The notes below the pieces were generated by a model. It ran no database searches and was not told where the DNA came from. It saw only the letters and a list, made by a program, of their open reading frames with translations. The translations under genes were made by a program, and so were the position numbers. A stretch of DNA of 64,000 nt, from NCBI RefSeq assembly GCF_009914755.1, contig NC_060927.1, one strand, 5' to 3'. Source of the DNA: the human T2T-CHM13v2.0 reference genome, Homo sapiens. Of the stretch, positions 13,701-28,028 are shown in pieces. How positions within the stretch are numbered: the stretch's first letter is position 1; every line of letters starts with the position of its first letter.

Positions 13701-16700
13701 CCACACATCACAAAGTAGCTTCTGAGAATCATTCAGTCTAGTTCTCCTACGAAGATATTGCCTTTTCTACCATAGGCCTCAAACGGCGCTAAATATCCAC
13801 CTGGAAATTCTACCAAAACTGAGTTTCAAAAGTGCTCTATTGAAAGGAAGCTTCACCTCTGTGAGTTGAAGGTACACATCACAAAGAAGTTTCTGAGAAT
13901 TCTTCTGTCTAGTTGTAAATGCAGAAATCACGTTTCAAACGAAGGCCACAAAGAGGTCCAAATATCCAGCTACAGATTCTGTAAAAAGAGGGTTTGAAAA
14001 CTGCTCCATCAAGAGGAATGTTCAACTCTGTGCGTTGAACGCAAATATCACAAATAAGTTTCTGACAATACTTCTGTCTAGCTTTTATGTGAAGATATTT
14101 CCTTTCCTACTGTAGGCCTCAAAACGCTCTAAATATACACTTTCAAATTCCACAAAAAGAGTGTTTCCAAACTGCTCTATCAAAGGAAGTTTAAACTCTG
14201 TCAGCTTAATGCAAGCATCACAAAACAGCTTCGGAGAATGAATCTGCCTAGTTTTTCTGGGAAGATATTTCTTTTTCTGCCATAGACCTCAAACCGCGGT
14301 AAAAATCCACTTGGAAATTCTACAAAAAGAGTATTTCAAAATTCTTCTATCGAAAGGAAGTCTCAACTCCATGAGTTAAATGCACATATCACAAATAATT
14401 TTCTGAGGATTCTTCTTTCAAGTTTTATATGAAGAAATCCCGTTTCCAAAGATGGCCTCAGAAAAGTCCCAATATACACTTGCAGATTCTACAAAAAGAG
14501 TTTTTCAAAACTGCTCTACCAAAAGGAAGGTTAAACTCTGTGAGTTGAAGGCACACATCACAAAGTAGTTTCTGAGAATCATTCTGTCTAGTTTTTCTAT
14601 GAAGATATTGCCTTTTCCACCATAGGCCTCAGACGGCGCTAAATATCCACTTGGAAATTCTACAAAAAGAGAGTTACTAAACGGCTCTATCGAAAGGAAG
14701 CTTCAACGCTGCGAGTTGAAAGCACACATCACGAAGAAGTTTATGAGAATTCTTCTGTCTACTTTTGTATGAAGCAGTCACGTTTCAAAAGAAGGCCACA
14801 ACGAGGTCCAAATATCCACTTGGAGATTCAACAAAAAGAGTTTTTCAAAACTGCTCTGTCAAGAGGAATATTCAACTCTGCGAGTTGAAGGCTGGTATCA
14901 CAAAGTAGTTCCCGACAATGCTTCTGTCTAGATTTTATGCGAAGACATTCCCTTTTGTACCACAGGCCTGAAAGCACTCTAAATATAGAATTGCAAATTC
15001 CACAAAAAGAGTGTTGAAAACCGCTCTATCCAAAGAAAGGTTAAACTCTGTCAGCTGAATGCGCACATCACAGAGCAGCTTCAGAGAACAATTATGTCTA
15101 GTTTTTCTGTGAAGATAGTTTCTCTTCTACATAGGCCTGAAACCGCTCTAAATATTCACTTGGTAATTCTACAAATAGAATATTTCAACCCTCTTCTATC
15201 AAAAGGAAGGTTGAACTCTGAGAGTTAAACGCATACATCACAGAGAAGTTTCTGAGAATTCTTCTGTCAAGGTTTATATGAAGAAACCCCGTTTCCAATG
15301 AAGGCCTCAAAAAAGTCCAAATATTTACTTGCCGATTCCACAGAAAGAGTGTTTCATAACTGGTCTATCAAAAGAAAGGTTAAACTCAGTGAGTTGAAGC
15401 CACACATCACAAAGTAGCTTCTGAGAATCATTCTGTCTAGTTCTCCTACGAAGATATTGCCTTTTCTACCATAGACCTCAAACGGCGCTAAATATCCACC
15501 TGGAAATTCTACCAAAACTGAGTTTCAAAAGTGCTCTATTGAAAGGAAGCTTCACCTCTGTGAGTTGAAGGTACACATCACAAAGAAGATCTGAGAATTC
15601 TTCTGTCTAGTTGTAAATGCAGAAATCACGTTTCAAACGAAGGCCACAAAGAGGTCCAAATATCCAGCTGCAGATTCTGTAAAAAGAGGGTTTGAAAACT
15701 GCTCCATCAAGAGGAATGTTCAACTCTGTGCGTTGAATGCAAATATCACAAATAAGTTTCTGACAATACTTCTGTCTAGTTTTTATGTGAAGATATTTCC
15801 TTTCCTACTGTAGGTCTCAAAACGCTCTAAATATACACTTGCAAATTCCACAAGAAGAGTGGTTCCAAGCTGCTCTATCAAAAAAAGTTGAAACTCTGTC
15901 AGCTTAATGCAAGCATCACAAAACAGCTTCGGAGAATGAATCTGCCCAATTTTTCTGGGAAGATATTTCTTTTTCTGCAATAGACCTCAAACCGCTGTAA
16001 AAATCCACTTGGAAATTCTACAAAAAGAGTATTTCAAAACTCTTCTATCGAAAGGAAGTCTCAACTCCATGAGTTAAATGCACATATCACAAATAATTTT
16101 CTGAGGATTCTTCTTTCAAGTTTTATATGAAGAAATCCCGTTTCCAAAGATGGCCTCAGAAAAGTCCCAATATACACTTGCAGATTCTACAAAAAGAGTT
16201 TTTCAAAACTGCTCTACCAAAAGGAAGGTTAAACTCTGTGAGTTGAACGCACACATCACAAAATAGTTTCTGAGAATCATTCTGTCTAGTTTTTCTATGA
16301 AGATATTGCCTTTTCCACCATAGGCCTCAAACGGCGCTAAATATCCACTTGGAAATTCTACAAAAAGAGAGTTACTAAACTGCTCTATCGAAAGGAAGCT
16401 TCAACGCTGCGAGTTGAAAGCACACATCACGAAGAAGTTTATGAGAATTCTTCTGTCTACTTTTGTATGAAGCAGTCACGTTTCAAACGAAGGCCACAAA
16501 GAGGTCCAAATATCCACTTGGAGATTCAACAAAAAGAGTTTTTCAAAACTGCTCCGTCAAGAGGAATATTCAACTCTGAGAGTTGAAGGCAGGTATCACA
16601 AAGTAGTTCCCGGCAATGCTTCTGTCTAGATTTTATGCGAAGACATTCCCTTTTGTACCACAGGCCTGAAAGCACTCTAAATATAGAATTGCAAATTCCA

Positions 16701-19700
16701 CAAAAAGAGTGTTGAAAACCGCTCTATCCAAAGAAAGGTTAAACTCTGTCAGCTGAATGCGCACATCACAGAGCAGCTTCAGAGAACAATTATGTCTAGT
16801 TTTTCTGTGAAGATAGTTTCTCTTCTACATAGGCCTGAAACCGCTCTAAATATTCACTTGGAAATTCTACAAAAAGAATATTTCAACACTCTTCTATCAA
16901 AAGGAAGGTTGAACTCTGAGAGTTAAACGCACACATCACAGAGAAGTTTCTGAGAATTCTTATGTCAAGGTTTATATGAAGAAACCCCGTTTCCAATGAA
17001 GGCCTCAAAAAAGTCCAAATATTTACTTGCCGATACCACAGAAAGAGTGTTTCATAACTGGTCTATCAAAAGAAAGGTTAAACTCAGTGAGTTGAACCCA
17101 CACATCACAAAGTAGCTTCTGAGAATCATTCTGTCTAGTTCTACTACGAAGATATTGCCTTTTCTACCATAGGCCTCAAACGGCGCAAGACATCCACCTG
17201 GAAATTCTACCAAAACTGAGTTTCAAAAGTGCTCTATTGAAAGGAAGCTTCACCTCTGTGAGTTGAAGGTACACATCACTAAGAAGTTTCTGAGAATTCT
17301 TCTGTCTAGTTGTAAATGAAGAAATCACGTTTCAAACGATGGCCACAAAGAGATCCAAATATCCACCTGCAGATTCTGCAAAAAGAGGGTTTGAAAACTG
17401 CTCCATCAAGAGGAATGTTCAACTCTGTGCGTTGAATGCAAATATCACAAATAACTTTCTGACAATACTTCTGTCTAGTTTTTATGTGAAGATATTTCCT
17501 TTCCTACTGTAGGCCTCAAAACGCTCTAAATATACACTTGCAAATTCCACAAAAAGAGTGTTTCCAAACTGCTCTATCAAAGGAAGTTTAAACTCTGTCA
17601 GCTTAATGCAAGCATCACAAAACAGCTTCGGAGAATGAATCTGCCTAGTTTTTCTGTGAAGATATTTCTTTTTCTGCCATAGACCTCAAACCGCTGTAAA
17701 AATCCACTTGGAAATTCTACAAAAAGAGTATTTCAAAACTCTTCTATCGAAAGGAAGTCTCAACTCCATGAGCTAAATGCACATATCACAAATAATTTTC
17801 TGAGGATTCTTCTTTCAAGTTTTATATGAAGAAATCCCGTTTCCAAAGATGGCCTCAGAAAAGTCCCAATATACACTTGCAGATTCTACAAAAAGCGTTT
17901 TTCAAAACTGCTCTACCAAAAGGAAGGTTAAACTCTGTGAGTTGAAGGCACACATCACAGAGTAGTTTCTGAGAATCATTCTGTCTAATTTTTCTATGAA
18001 GATATTGCCTTTTCCACCATAGGCCTCAAACGGCGCTAAATATCCACTTGGAAATTCTACAAAAAGAGAGTTACTAAACTGCTCTATCGAAAGGAAGCTT
18101 CAACGCTGTGAGTTGAAAGCACACATCACGAAGAAGTTTATGAGAATTCTTCTGTCTACTTTTGTATGAAGCTGTCACGTTTCAAACGAAGGTCACAAAG
18201 AGGTCCAAATATCCACTTGGAGATTCAACAAAAAGAGTTTTTCAAAACTGCTCCGTCAAGAGGAATATTCAACTCTGAGAGTTGAAGGCAGGTATCACAA
18301 AGTAGTTCCCGGCAATGCTTCTGTCTAGATTTTAAGTGAAGACATTCCCTTTTGTACCACAGGCCTGAAAGCACTCTAAATATAGAATTGCAAATTCCAC
18401 AAAAAGAGTGTTTAAAACCGCTCGATCAAAAGAAAGGTTAAACTCTGTCAGCTGAATGCGCACATCACAGAGCAGCTTCAGAGAACAATTATGTCTAGTT
18501 TTTCTGTGAAGATAGTTTCTCTTATACATAGGCCTGAAACCGCTCTAAATATTCACTTGGAAATTCTACAAAAAGAATATTTCAACACTCTTCTATCCAA
18601 AGGAAGGTTGAACTCTGAGAGTTAAACGCACACATCACAGAGAAGTTTCTGAGAATTCTTCTGTCAAGGTTTATATGAAGAAACACCGTTTCCAATGAAG
18701 GCCTCAAGAAAGTCCAAATATTTACTTGCCGATTCCACAGAAAGAGTGTTTCATAACTGGTCTATCAAAAGAAAGGTTAAACTCAGTGAGTTGAACCCAC
18801 AAATCACAAAGTAGCTTCTGAGAATCATTCTGTCTAGTTCTCCTACGAAGATATTGCCTTTTCTACCATAGGCCTCAAACGGCGCTAAATATCCACCTGG
18901 AAATTCTACCAAAACTGAGTTTCAAAAGTGCTCTATTGAAAGGAAGCTTCACCTCTGTGAGTTGAAGGTACACATCACAAAGCAGTTTCTGAGAATTCTT
19001 CTGTCTAGTTGTAAATGAAGAAATCACGTTTCAAACGAAGGCCACAAAGAGGTCCAAATATCCACCTGCAGACTCTGCAAAAAGAGGGTTTGAAAACTGC
19101 TCCATCAAGAGGAATGTTCAACTCTGTGCGTTGAATGCAAATATCACAAATAAGTTTCTGACAATACTTCTGTCTAGTTTTTATGTGAAGATATTTCCTT
19201 TCCTACTGTAGGCCTCAAAACGCTCTAAATATACACTTGCAAATTCCACAAAAAGAGTGTTTCCAAACTGCTCTATCAAAGGAAGTTTAAACTCTGTCCG
19301 CTTAATGCAAGCATCACAAAACAGCTTCGGAGAATGAATCTGCCTAGTTTTTCTGTGAAGATATTTCTTTTTCTGCCATAGACCTCAAACCGCTGTAAAA
19401 ATCCACTTGGAAATTCTACAAAAAGAGTATTTCAAAACTCTTCTATCGAAAGGAAGTCTCAACTCCATGAGTTAAATGCACATATCACAAATAATTATCT
19501 GAGGATTCTTCTTTCAAGTTTTATATGAAGAAATCCCGTTTCCAAAGATGGCCTCAGAAAATTCCCAATATACACTTGCAGATTCTACAAAAAGCGTTTT
19601 TCAAAACTGCTCTACCAAAAGGAAGGTTAAACTCTGTGAGTTGAAGGCACACATCACAGAGTAGTTTCTGAGAATCATTCTGTCTAATTTTTCTATGAAG

Positions 19701-22700
19701 ATATTGCCTTTTCCACCGTAGGCCTCAAACGGCGCTAAATATCCACTTGGAAATTCTACAAAAAGAGAGTTACTAAACTGCTCTATCGAAAGGAAGCTTC
19801 AACGCTGCGAGTTGAAAGCACACATCACGAAGAAGTTTATGAGAATTCTTCTGTCTACTTTTGTATGAAGCTGTCACGTTTCAAACGAAGGTCACAAAGA
19901 GGTCCAAATATCCACTTGGAGATTCAACAAAAAGAGTTTTTCAAAACTGCTCCGTCAAGAGGAAAATTCAACTCTGCGAGTTGAAGGCTGGTATCACAAA
20001 GTAGTTCCCGACAATGCTTCTGTCTAGATTTTATGTGAAGACATTCCCTTTTGTACCACAGGCCTGAAAGCACTCTAAATATAGAATTGCAAATTCCACA
20101 AAAGAATGTTTAAAACCGCTCTATCCAAAGAAAGGTTAAACTCTGTCAGCTGAATGCGCACATCTCAGAGCAGCTTCAGAGAACAATTAAGTCTAGTTTT
20201 ACTGTGAAGATAGTTTCTCTTCTACATAGGCCTGAAACCGCTCTAAATATTCACTTGGAAATTCTGCAAAAAGAATATTTCAACACTCTTCTATCAAAAG
20301 GAAGGTTGAACTCTGAGAGTTAAACGCACACATCACAGAGAAGTTTCTGAGAATTCTTCTGTAAACGTTTATATGAAGAAACCCCGTTTCCAATGAAGGC
20401 CTCAAAAAAGTCCAAATATTTAGTTGCCGATTCCACAGAAAGAGTGTTTCATATCTGGTCTATAAAAAGAAAGGTTAAACTCAGTGAGTTGAACCCACAC
20501 ATCACAAAGTAGCTTCTGAGAATCATTCTGTCTAGTTCTCCTACGAAGATACTGCCTTTTCTACCATAGGCCTCAAACGGCGCAAAATATCCACCTGGAA
20601 ATTCTACCAAAACTGAGTTTCAAAAGTGCTCTATTGAAAGGAAGCTTCAACTCTGTGAGTTGAAGGTACACATCACAAAGAAGTTTCTGAGAATTCTTCT
20701 GTCTAGTTGTAAATGCAGAAATCACGTTTCAAACGAAGGCCACAAAGAGGTCCAAATATCCACCTGCAGATTCTGCAAAAAGAGGGTTTCAAAACTGCTC
20801 TATCAAGAGGAAGGTTCAACTCTGTGCGTTGAATGCAAATATCACAAATAAGTTTCTGACAATAATTCTGTCTAGTTTTTATGTGAAGATATTTCCTTTC
20901 CTACTGTAGGCCTCAAAACGCTCTAAATATACACTTGCAAATTCCACAAAAAGAGTGTTTCCAAACTGCTCTATCAAAGGAAGTTTAAACTCTGTCAGCT
21001 TAATGCAAGCATCACAAAACAGCTTCGGAGAATGAATCTGCCTAGTTTTTCTGTGAAGTTATTTCTTTTTCTGCCATAGACCTCAAACCGCTGTAAAAAT
21101 CCACTTGGAAATTCTACAAAAAGAGTATTTCTAAACTCTTCTATCGAAAGGAAGTCTCAACTCCATGAGTTAAATGCACATATCACAAATAATTTTCTGA
21201 GGATTCTTCTTTCAAGTTTTATATGAAGAAATCCCGTTTCCAAAGATGGCCTCAGAAAAGTCCCAATATACACTTGCAGATTCTACAAAAAGAGTTTTTC
21301 AAAACTGCTCTACCAAAAGGAAGGTTAAACTCTGTGAGTTGAAGGCACACATCACAGAGTAGTTTCTGAGAATTATTCTGTCTAGTTTTTCTAGGAAGAT
21401 AACGCCTTCTCCACCATAGGACTCAAACGGCGCTAAATATCCACTTGGAAATTCTACAATAAGATAGTTACAAGACTGCTCTATCGAAAGGAAGCTTCAA
21501 CTCTGCGAGTGGAAAGCACACATCACGAAGAAGTTTATGAGAATTCTTCTGTCTACTTTTGTATGAAGCAGTCACGTTTCAAACGAAGGCCACAAAGAGG
21601 TCCAAATATCCACTTCGAGATTCAACAAAAAGAGTTTTTCAAAACTGCTCCATCAAGAGGAATATTCAAATCTGAGAGTTGAAGGCAGGTATCCCAAAGT
21701 AGTTCCCGACAATGCTTCTGTCTAGATTTTATGTGAAGACATTCCCTTTTGTACCACAGGCCTGAAAGCACTCTAAATATAGAATTGCAAATTCCACAAA
21801 AAGAGTGTTGAAAACCGCTCTATCCAAAGAAAGGTTAAACTCTGTCAGCTGAATGCGCACATCACAGAGTAGCTTCAGAGAACAATTATGCCTAGTTTTT
21901 CCGTGAAGATAGATTCTCTTCTACATAGGTCTGAGACTGCTCTAAATATTCCTTTGGAAATTCTGCAAAAAGAATATTTCAACACTCTTCTATCAAAAGG
22001 AAGGTTGAACTCTGAGAGGTAAACGCACACATCACAGAGAAGTTTCTGAGAATTCTTCTGTCAAGGTTTATATGAAGAAACCCCGTTTCCAATGAAGGCC
22101 TCAAAAAAGTCCAAATATTTACTTGCAGATTCCACAAAAAGAGTGTTTCATAACTGGTCTATCAAAAGAAAGGTTAAACTCAGTGAGTTGAACCCACACA
22201 TCACAAAGTAGCTTCTGAGAATCATTCTGTCTAGTTCTCCTACGAAGATATTGCCTTTTCTACCATAGGCCTCAAACGGCGCTAAATATCCACCTGGAAA
22301 TTCTACCAAAACGGAGCTTCAGAAGTGCTCTATTGAAAGGAAGCTTCACCTGTGTGAGTTGAAGGTACTCACCACAAAGAAGTTTCTGAGAATTCTTCTG
22401 TCTAGTTGTAAATGAAGAAATCACGTTTCAAAAGAAGGCCACAAAGAGGTCCAAATATCCACCTTCAGATTCTACAAAAAGAGTGTTTCAAAACTGCTCC
22501 ATCAAGAGGAATGTTCAACTCTGTGCGTTGAATGCAAATATCACAAGTAAGTTTCTGAGAATACTTCTGTGTAGTTTTTATGTGAAGATATTTCCTTTCC
22601 TACTGTAGGCCTCAAAACGCTCTAAATATACACTTGCAAATTCCACAAAAATAGTGTTTCCAAACTGCTCTCTCAAAGGAAGTTTAAACTCTGTCCGCTT

Positions 22701-25479
22701 AATGCAAGCATCACAAAACAGCTTCGGAGAATGAATCTGCCTAGTTTTTCTGTGAAGATATTTCTTTTCCTGCCATAGACCTCAAACCGCTGTAAAAATC
22801 CACTTGGAAATTCTACAAAAAGAGTATTTCAAAGCTCTTCTATCGAAAGGAAGTTTCAACTCCATGAGTTAAATGCACATATCACAAATAATTTTCTGAG
22901 GATTCTTCTTTCAAGATTTCTATGAAGAAATCCCGTTTCCAAAGATGGCCTCAGAAAAGTCCCAATATACACTTGCAGATTCTACAAAAAGAGTTTTTCA
23001 AAACTGCTCTATCAAAAGGAAGGTTAAACTCTGTGATTTGAAGGCACACATCACAGAGTAGTTTCTGAGAATCATTCTGTCTAGTTTTTCTATGAAGATA
23101 TCGCCTTCTCCACCATAGGCCTCAAACGGCACTAAATATCCACTTGGAAATTCTACAATAAGAGAGTTACTAGACTGCTCTATCGAAAGGAAGCTTCAAC
23201 TCTGTGAGTGGAAAGCACACATCACGAAGAAGTTTATGAGAATTCTTCTGTCTACTTTTGTATGAAGCAGTCACGTTTCAAACGAAGGCCACAAAAAGGT
23301 CCAAATATCCACTTGGAGATTCAAAAAAAGAGTTTTTCAAAACTGCTCCATGAAGAGGAATATTCAACTCTGAGAGTTGAAGGCAGGTATCCCAAAGTAG
23401 TTCCCGACAATGATTCTGTCTAGATTTTATGTGAAGACATTCCCTTTTGTACCACAGGCCTGAAAGCACTCTAAATATAGAACTGCAAATTCCACAAAAA
23501 GAGTGTTTAAAACCGCTCTATCCAAAGAAAGGTTAAACTCTGTCAGCTGAATGCGCACATCACAGAGTAGCTTCAGAGAACAATTATGCCTAGTTTTTCC
23601 GTGAAGATAGATTCTCTTCTACATAGGCCTGAGGCCGCTCTAAATATTCCTTTGGAAATTCTGCAAAAAGAATATTTCAACACTCTTCTATCAAAAGGAA
23701 GGTGGAACTCTGAGTGGTAAACGCACACATCACAGAGAAGTTTCTGAGAATTCTTCTGTCAAGGTTTATATGAAGAAACCCCGTTTCCAATGAAGGCCTC
23801 AAAAAAGTCCAAATATTTACTTGCAGATTCCACAAAAAGAGTGTTTCATAACTGGTCTATCAAAAGAAAGGTTAAACTCAGTGAGTTGAACCCACACATC
23901 ACAAAGTAGCTTCTGAGAATCATTCTGTCTAGTTCTCCTACGAAGATATTGCCTTTTCTACCATAGGCCTCAAACGGCGCTAAATATCCACCTTTAAATT
24001 CTACCAAAACTGAGCTTCAAAAGTGCTCTATTGAAAGGAAGCTTCACTTCTGTGAGTTGAAGGTACTCATCACAAAGAAGTTTCTGAGAATTCTTCTGTC
24101 TAGTTGTAAATGAAGAAATCACGTTTCAAAAGAAGGCCACAAAGAGGTCCAAATATCCACCTGCAGATTCTACAAAAAGAGTGTTTCAAAACTGCTCCAT
24201 CAAGAGGAATGTTCAAATCTGTGCGTTGAATGCAAATATCACAAGGAAGTTTCTGAGAATACTTCTGTGTAGTTTTTATGTGAAGATATTTCCTTTCCTA
24301 CTGTAGGCCTCAAAACGCTCTAAATATACACTTGCAAATTCCACAAAAAGAGTGTTTCCAAACTGCTCTCTCAAAGGAAGTTTAAACTCTGTCCGCTTAA
24401 TGCAAGCATCACAAAACAGCTTCGGAGAATGGATCTGCCTAGTTTTTCTGTGAAGATATTTCTTTTTCTGCCATAGACCTCAAACCGCTGTAAAAATCCA
24501 CTTGGAAATTCTACAAAAAGAGTATTTCAAAGCTCTTCTATCGAAAGGAAGTTTCAACTCCATGAGTTAAATGCACATATCACAAATAATTCTCTGAGGA
24601 TTCTTCTTTCAAGATTTATATGAAGAAATCCCGTTTCCAAAGATGGCCTCAGAAAACTCCCAATATACACTTGCAGATTCTACAAAAAGAGTTTTTCAAA
24701 ACTGCTCTATCAAAAGGAAGGTTAAACTCTGTGAGTTGAAGGCACACATCACAGAGTAGTTTCTGAGAATCATTCTGTCTAGTTTTTCTATGAAGATATC
24801 GCCTTCTCCACCATAGGCCTCAAGCGGCGCTAAATATCCACTTGGAAATTCTACAAAAAGAGAGTTACAAGACTGCTCTATCGAAAGGAAGCTTCAACTC
24901 TGCGAGTGGAAAGCACACATCACGAAGAAGTTTATGAGAATTCTTCTGTCTACTTTGGTGTGAAGCAGTCACGTTTCAAACGAATGCCACAAAGAGGTCC
25001 AAATATCCACTTGGAGATTCAACAAAAAGAGTTTTTCAAAACTGCTCCATCAAGAGGAATATTCAACTCTGAGAGTTGAAGGCAGGTATCCCAAAGTAGT
25101 TCCCAACAATGCTTCTGTCTAGATTTTATGTGAAGACATTCCCTTTTGTACCACAGGCTTGAAAGCACTCTAAATATAGAACTGCAAATTCCACAAAAAC
25201 AGTGTTGAAAACCGCTCTATCCAAAGAAAGGTTAAACCCTGTCAGCTGAATGCGCACATCACAGAGCAGCTTCAGAGAACAGTTATGTCTAGTTTTTCTG
25301 TGAAGATAGTTTCTCTTCTACATAGGCCTGAAACTGCTCTAAATATTCACTTGGAAATTCTACAAAAAGAATATTTCAACACTCTTCTATCAAAAGGAAG
25401 GTTGAACTCTGAGAGTTAAACGCACACATCACAGAGAAGTTTCTGAGAATTCTTCTGTCAAGGTTTATATGAAGAAACC

Positions 25480-28028
25480 CCGTTTCCAATGAAGGACTCA
25501 ATAAAGTCCAAACATTTACTTGCCGATTCCACAGAAAGAGTGTTTCATAACTCGTCTATCAAAAGAAAGGTTAAACTCAGTGAGTTGAACCCACACATCA
25601 CAAAGTAGCTTCTGAGAATCATTCTGTCTAGTTCTCCTACGAAGATATTGCCTTTTCTACCATAGGCCTCAAACGGCGCTAAATATCCACCTGGAAATTC
25701 TACCAAAACTGAGTTTCAAAAGTGCTCTATTGAAAGGAAGCTTCACCTCTGTCAGTTGAAGGTACACATCACAAAGAAGTTTCTGAGAATTCTTCTGTCT
25801 AGTTGTAAATGCAGAAATCACGTTTCAAACGAAGGCCACAAAGAGGTCCAAATATCCAGCTGCAGATTCTGCAAAAAGAGGGTTTAAAAACTGCTCCATC
25901 AAGAGGAACGTTCAACTCTGTGCGTTGAATGCAAATATCACAAATAAGTTTCTGACAATACTTCTGTCTAGTTTTTATGTGAAGATATTTCCTTTCCTAC
26001 TGTAGGCCTCAAAACGCTCTAAATATACACTTGCAAATTCCACAAAAAGAGTGTTTCCAAACTGCTCTATCAAAGGAAGTTTAAACTCTGTCAGCTTAAT
26101 GCAAGCATCACAAAACAGCTTCGGAGAATGAATCTGCCTGGTTTTTCTGTGAAGATATTACTTTTTCTGCCATAGCCCTCAAACCGCTGTAAAAATCCAC
26201 TTGGAAATTCTACAAAAAGAGTATTTCAAAACTCTTCTATCGAAAGGAAGTTTCAACTCCATGAGTTAAATGCACATATCACAAATAATTTTCTGAGGAT
26301 TCTTCTTTCAAGTTTTATATGAAGAAATCCCGTTTCCAAAGATGGCCTCAGAAAAGTCCCAATATACACTTGCAGATTCTACAAAAAGAGTTTTTCAAAA
26401 CTGCTCTACCAAAAGGAAGGTTAAACTCTGTGGGTTGAAGGCACACATCACAAAGTAGTTTCTGAAAATCATTCTGTCTAGTTTTTCTATGAAGATATTG
26501 CCTTTTCCACCATAGGCCTCAAACGGCGCTAAATATCCACTTGGAAATTCTACAAAAAGAGAGTTACTAAACTGCTCTATCGAAAGGAAGCTTCAACTCT
26601 GCGAGTTGAAAGCACACATCACGAAGAAGTTTGTGAGAATTCTTCTGTCTACTTTTGTATGAAGCAGTCACGTTTCAAACGAAGGCCAGAAAGAGGTCCA
26701 AATATCCACTTGGAGATTCAACAAAAAGAGTTTTTCAAAACTGCTCCATCAAGAGGAATATTCAACTCTGAGATTTGAAGGCAGGTATCACAAAGTACTT
26801 CCCGACAATGCTTCTGTCTAGATTTTATGTGAAGGCATTCCCTTTTGTACCACAGGCCTGAAAGCACTCTAAATATAGAATTGCAAATTCCACAAAAACA
26901 GTGTTTCCAAACTGCTCTATCAAAGGAAGTTTAAACTCTGTCAGCTTAATGGAAGCATCACAAAACAGCTTCGGAGAATGAATCTGCCTGCTTTTTCTGT
27001 AAAGATATTCCTTTTTCTGCCATAGACCTCAAACCGCTGTAAAAATCCACTTGGAAATTCTACAAAAAGAGTATTTCAAAACTCTTCTATCGAAAGGAAG
27101 TCTGAACTCCATGAGTTAAATGCACATATCACAAATAATTTTCTGAGGATTCTTCTTTCAAGTTTTATATGAAGAAATCCCGTTTCCAAAGATGGCCTCA
27201 GAAAAGTCCCAATATACACTTGCAGATTCTACAAAAAGAGTTTTTCAAAACTGCTCTACCAAAAGGAAGGTTAAACTCTGTGAGTTGAAGGCAAACATCA
27301 CAAAGTAGTTTCTGAGAATCATTCTGTCTAGTTTTTCTATGAAGATATTGCCTTTTCCACCATAGGCCTCAAACGGCGCTAAATATCCACTTGGAAATTC
27401 TACAAAAAGAGAGTTACTAAACTGCTCTATCGAAAGGAAGCTTCAACTCTGCGAGTTAAAAGCACACATCACGAAGTAGTTTATGAGAATTCTTCTGTCT
27501 ACTTTTGTATGAAGCAGTCACGTTTCAAACGAAGGCCTCAAAGAGGTCCAAATATCCACTTGGAGATTCAACAAAAAGAGTTTTTCAAAACTGCTCCGTC
27601 AAGAGGAATATTCAACTCTGAGAGTTGAAGGCAGGTATCACAAAGTAGTTCCCGACAATGCGTCTGTCTAGATTTTATGTGAAGACATTCCCTTTTGTAC
27701 CACAGGCCTGAAAGCACTCTAAATATAGAATTGCAAATTCCACAAAAAGAGTGTTGAAAACCGCTCTATCCAAAGAAAGGTTAAACTCTGTCAGCTGAAT
27801 GCGCACATCACAGAGTAGCTTCAGAGAACAATTATGTCAAGTTTTTCTGTGAAGATAGTTTCTCTTCTACATAGGCCTGAAACCGCTCTAAATATTCACT
27901 TGGAAATTCTACAAAAAGAATATTTCAACACTCTTCTATCAAAAGGAATGTTGAACTCTGAGAGTTAAACGCACACATCACAGAGAAGTTTCTGAGAATT
28001 CTTCTGTCAAGGTTTATATGAGGAAACG
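25480..28028. repeat. 15-mer structural variant HOR #1 (2549 bp; extra 850 bp pentamer at ~26881-27730)
   Basis: Landmark spacing is 2549 = 1699+850. At 26881-26905 monomer 9 (…GAAAGCACTCTAAATATAGAATTGCAAATTCC) continues as monomer 4 (GTGTTTCCAAACTGCTCTATCAAAGGAAGTTTAAAC), so monomers 4-9 are traversed again. Confidence 0.93.

Larger units (their letters stand above)
1..25479. repeat. Run of 15 canonical 10-mer HOR copies
   Basis: Unit starts read at 1, 1700, 3398, 5095, 6794, 8493, 10192, 11891, 13590, 15289, 16987, 18686, 20384, 22083, 23781; next start 25480 (spacing 1697-1699). Confidence 0.95.
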
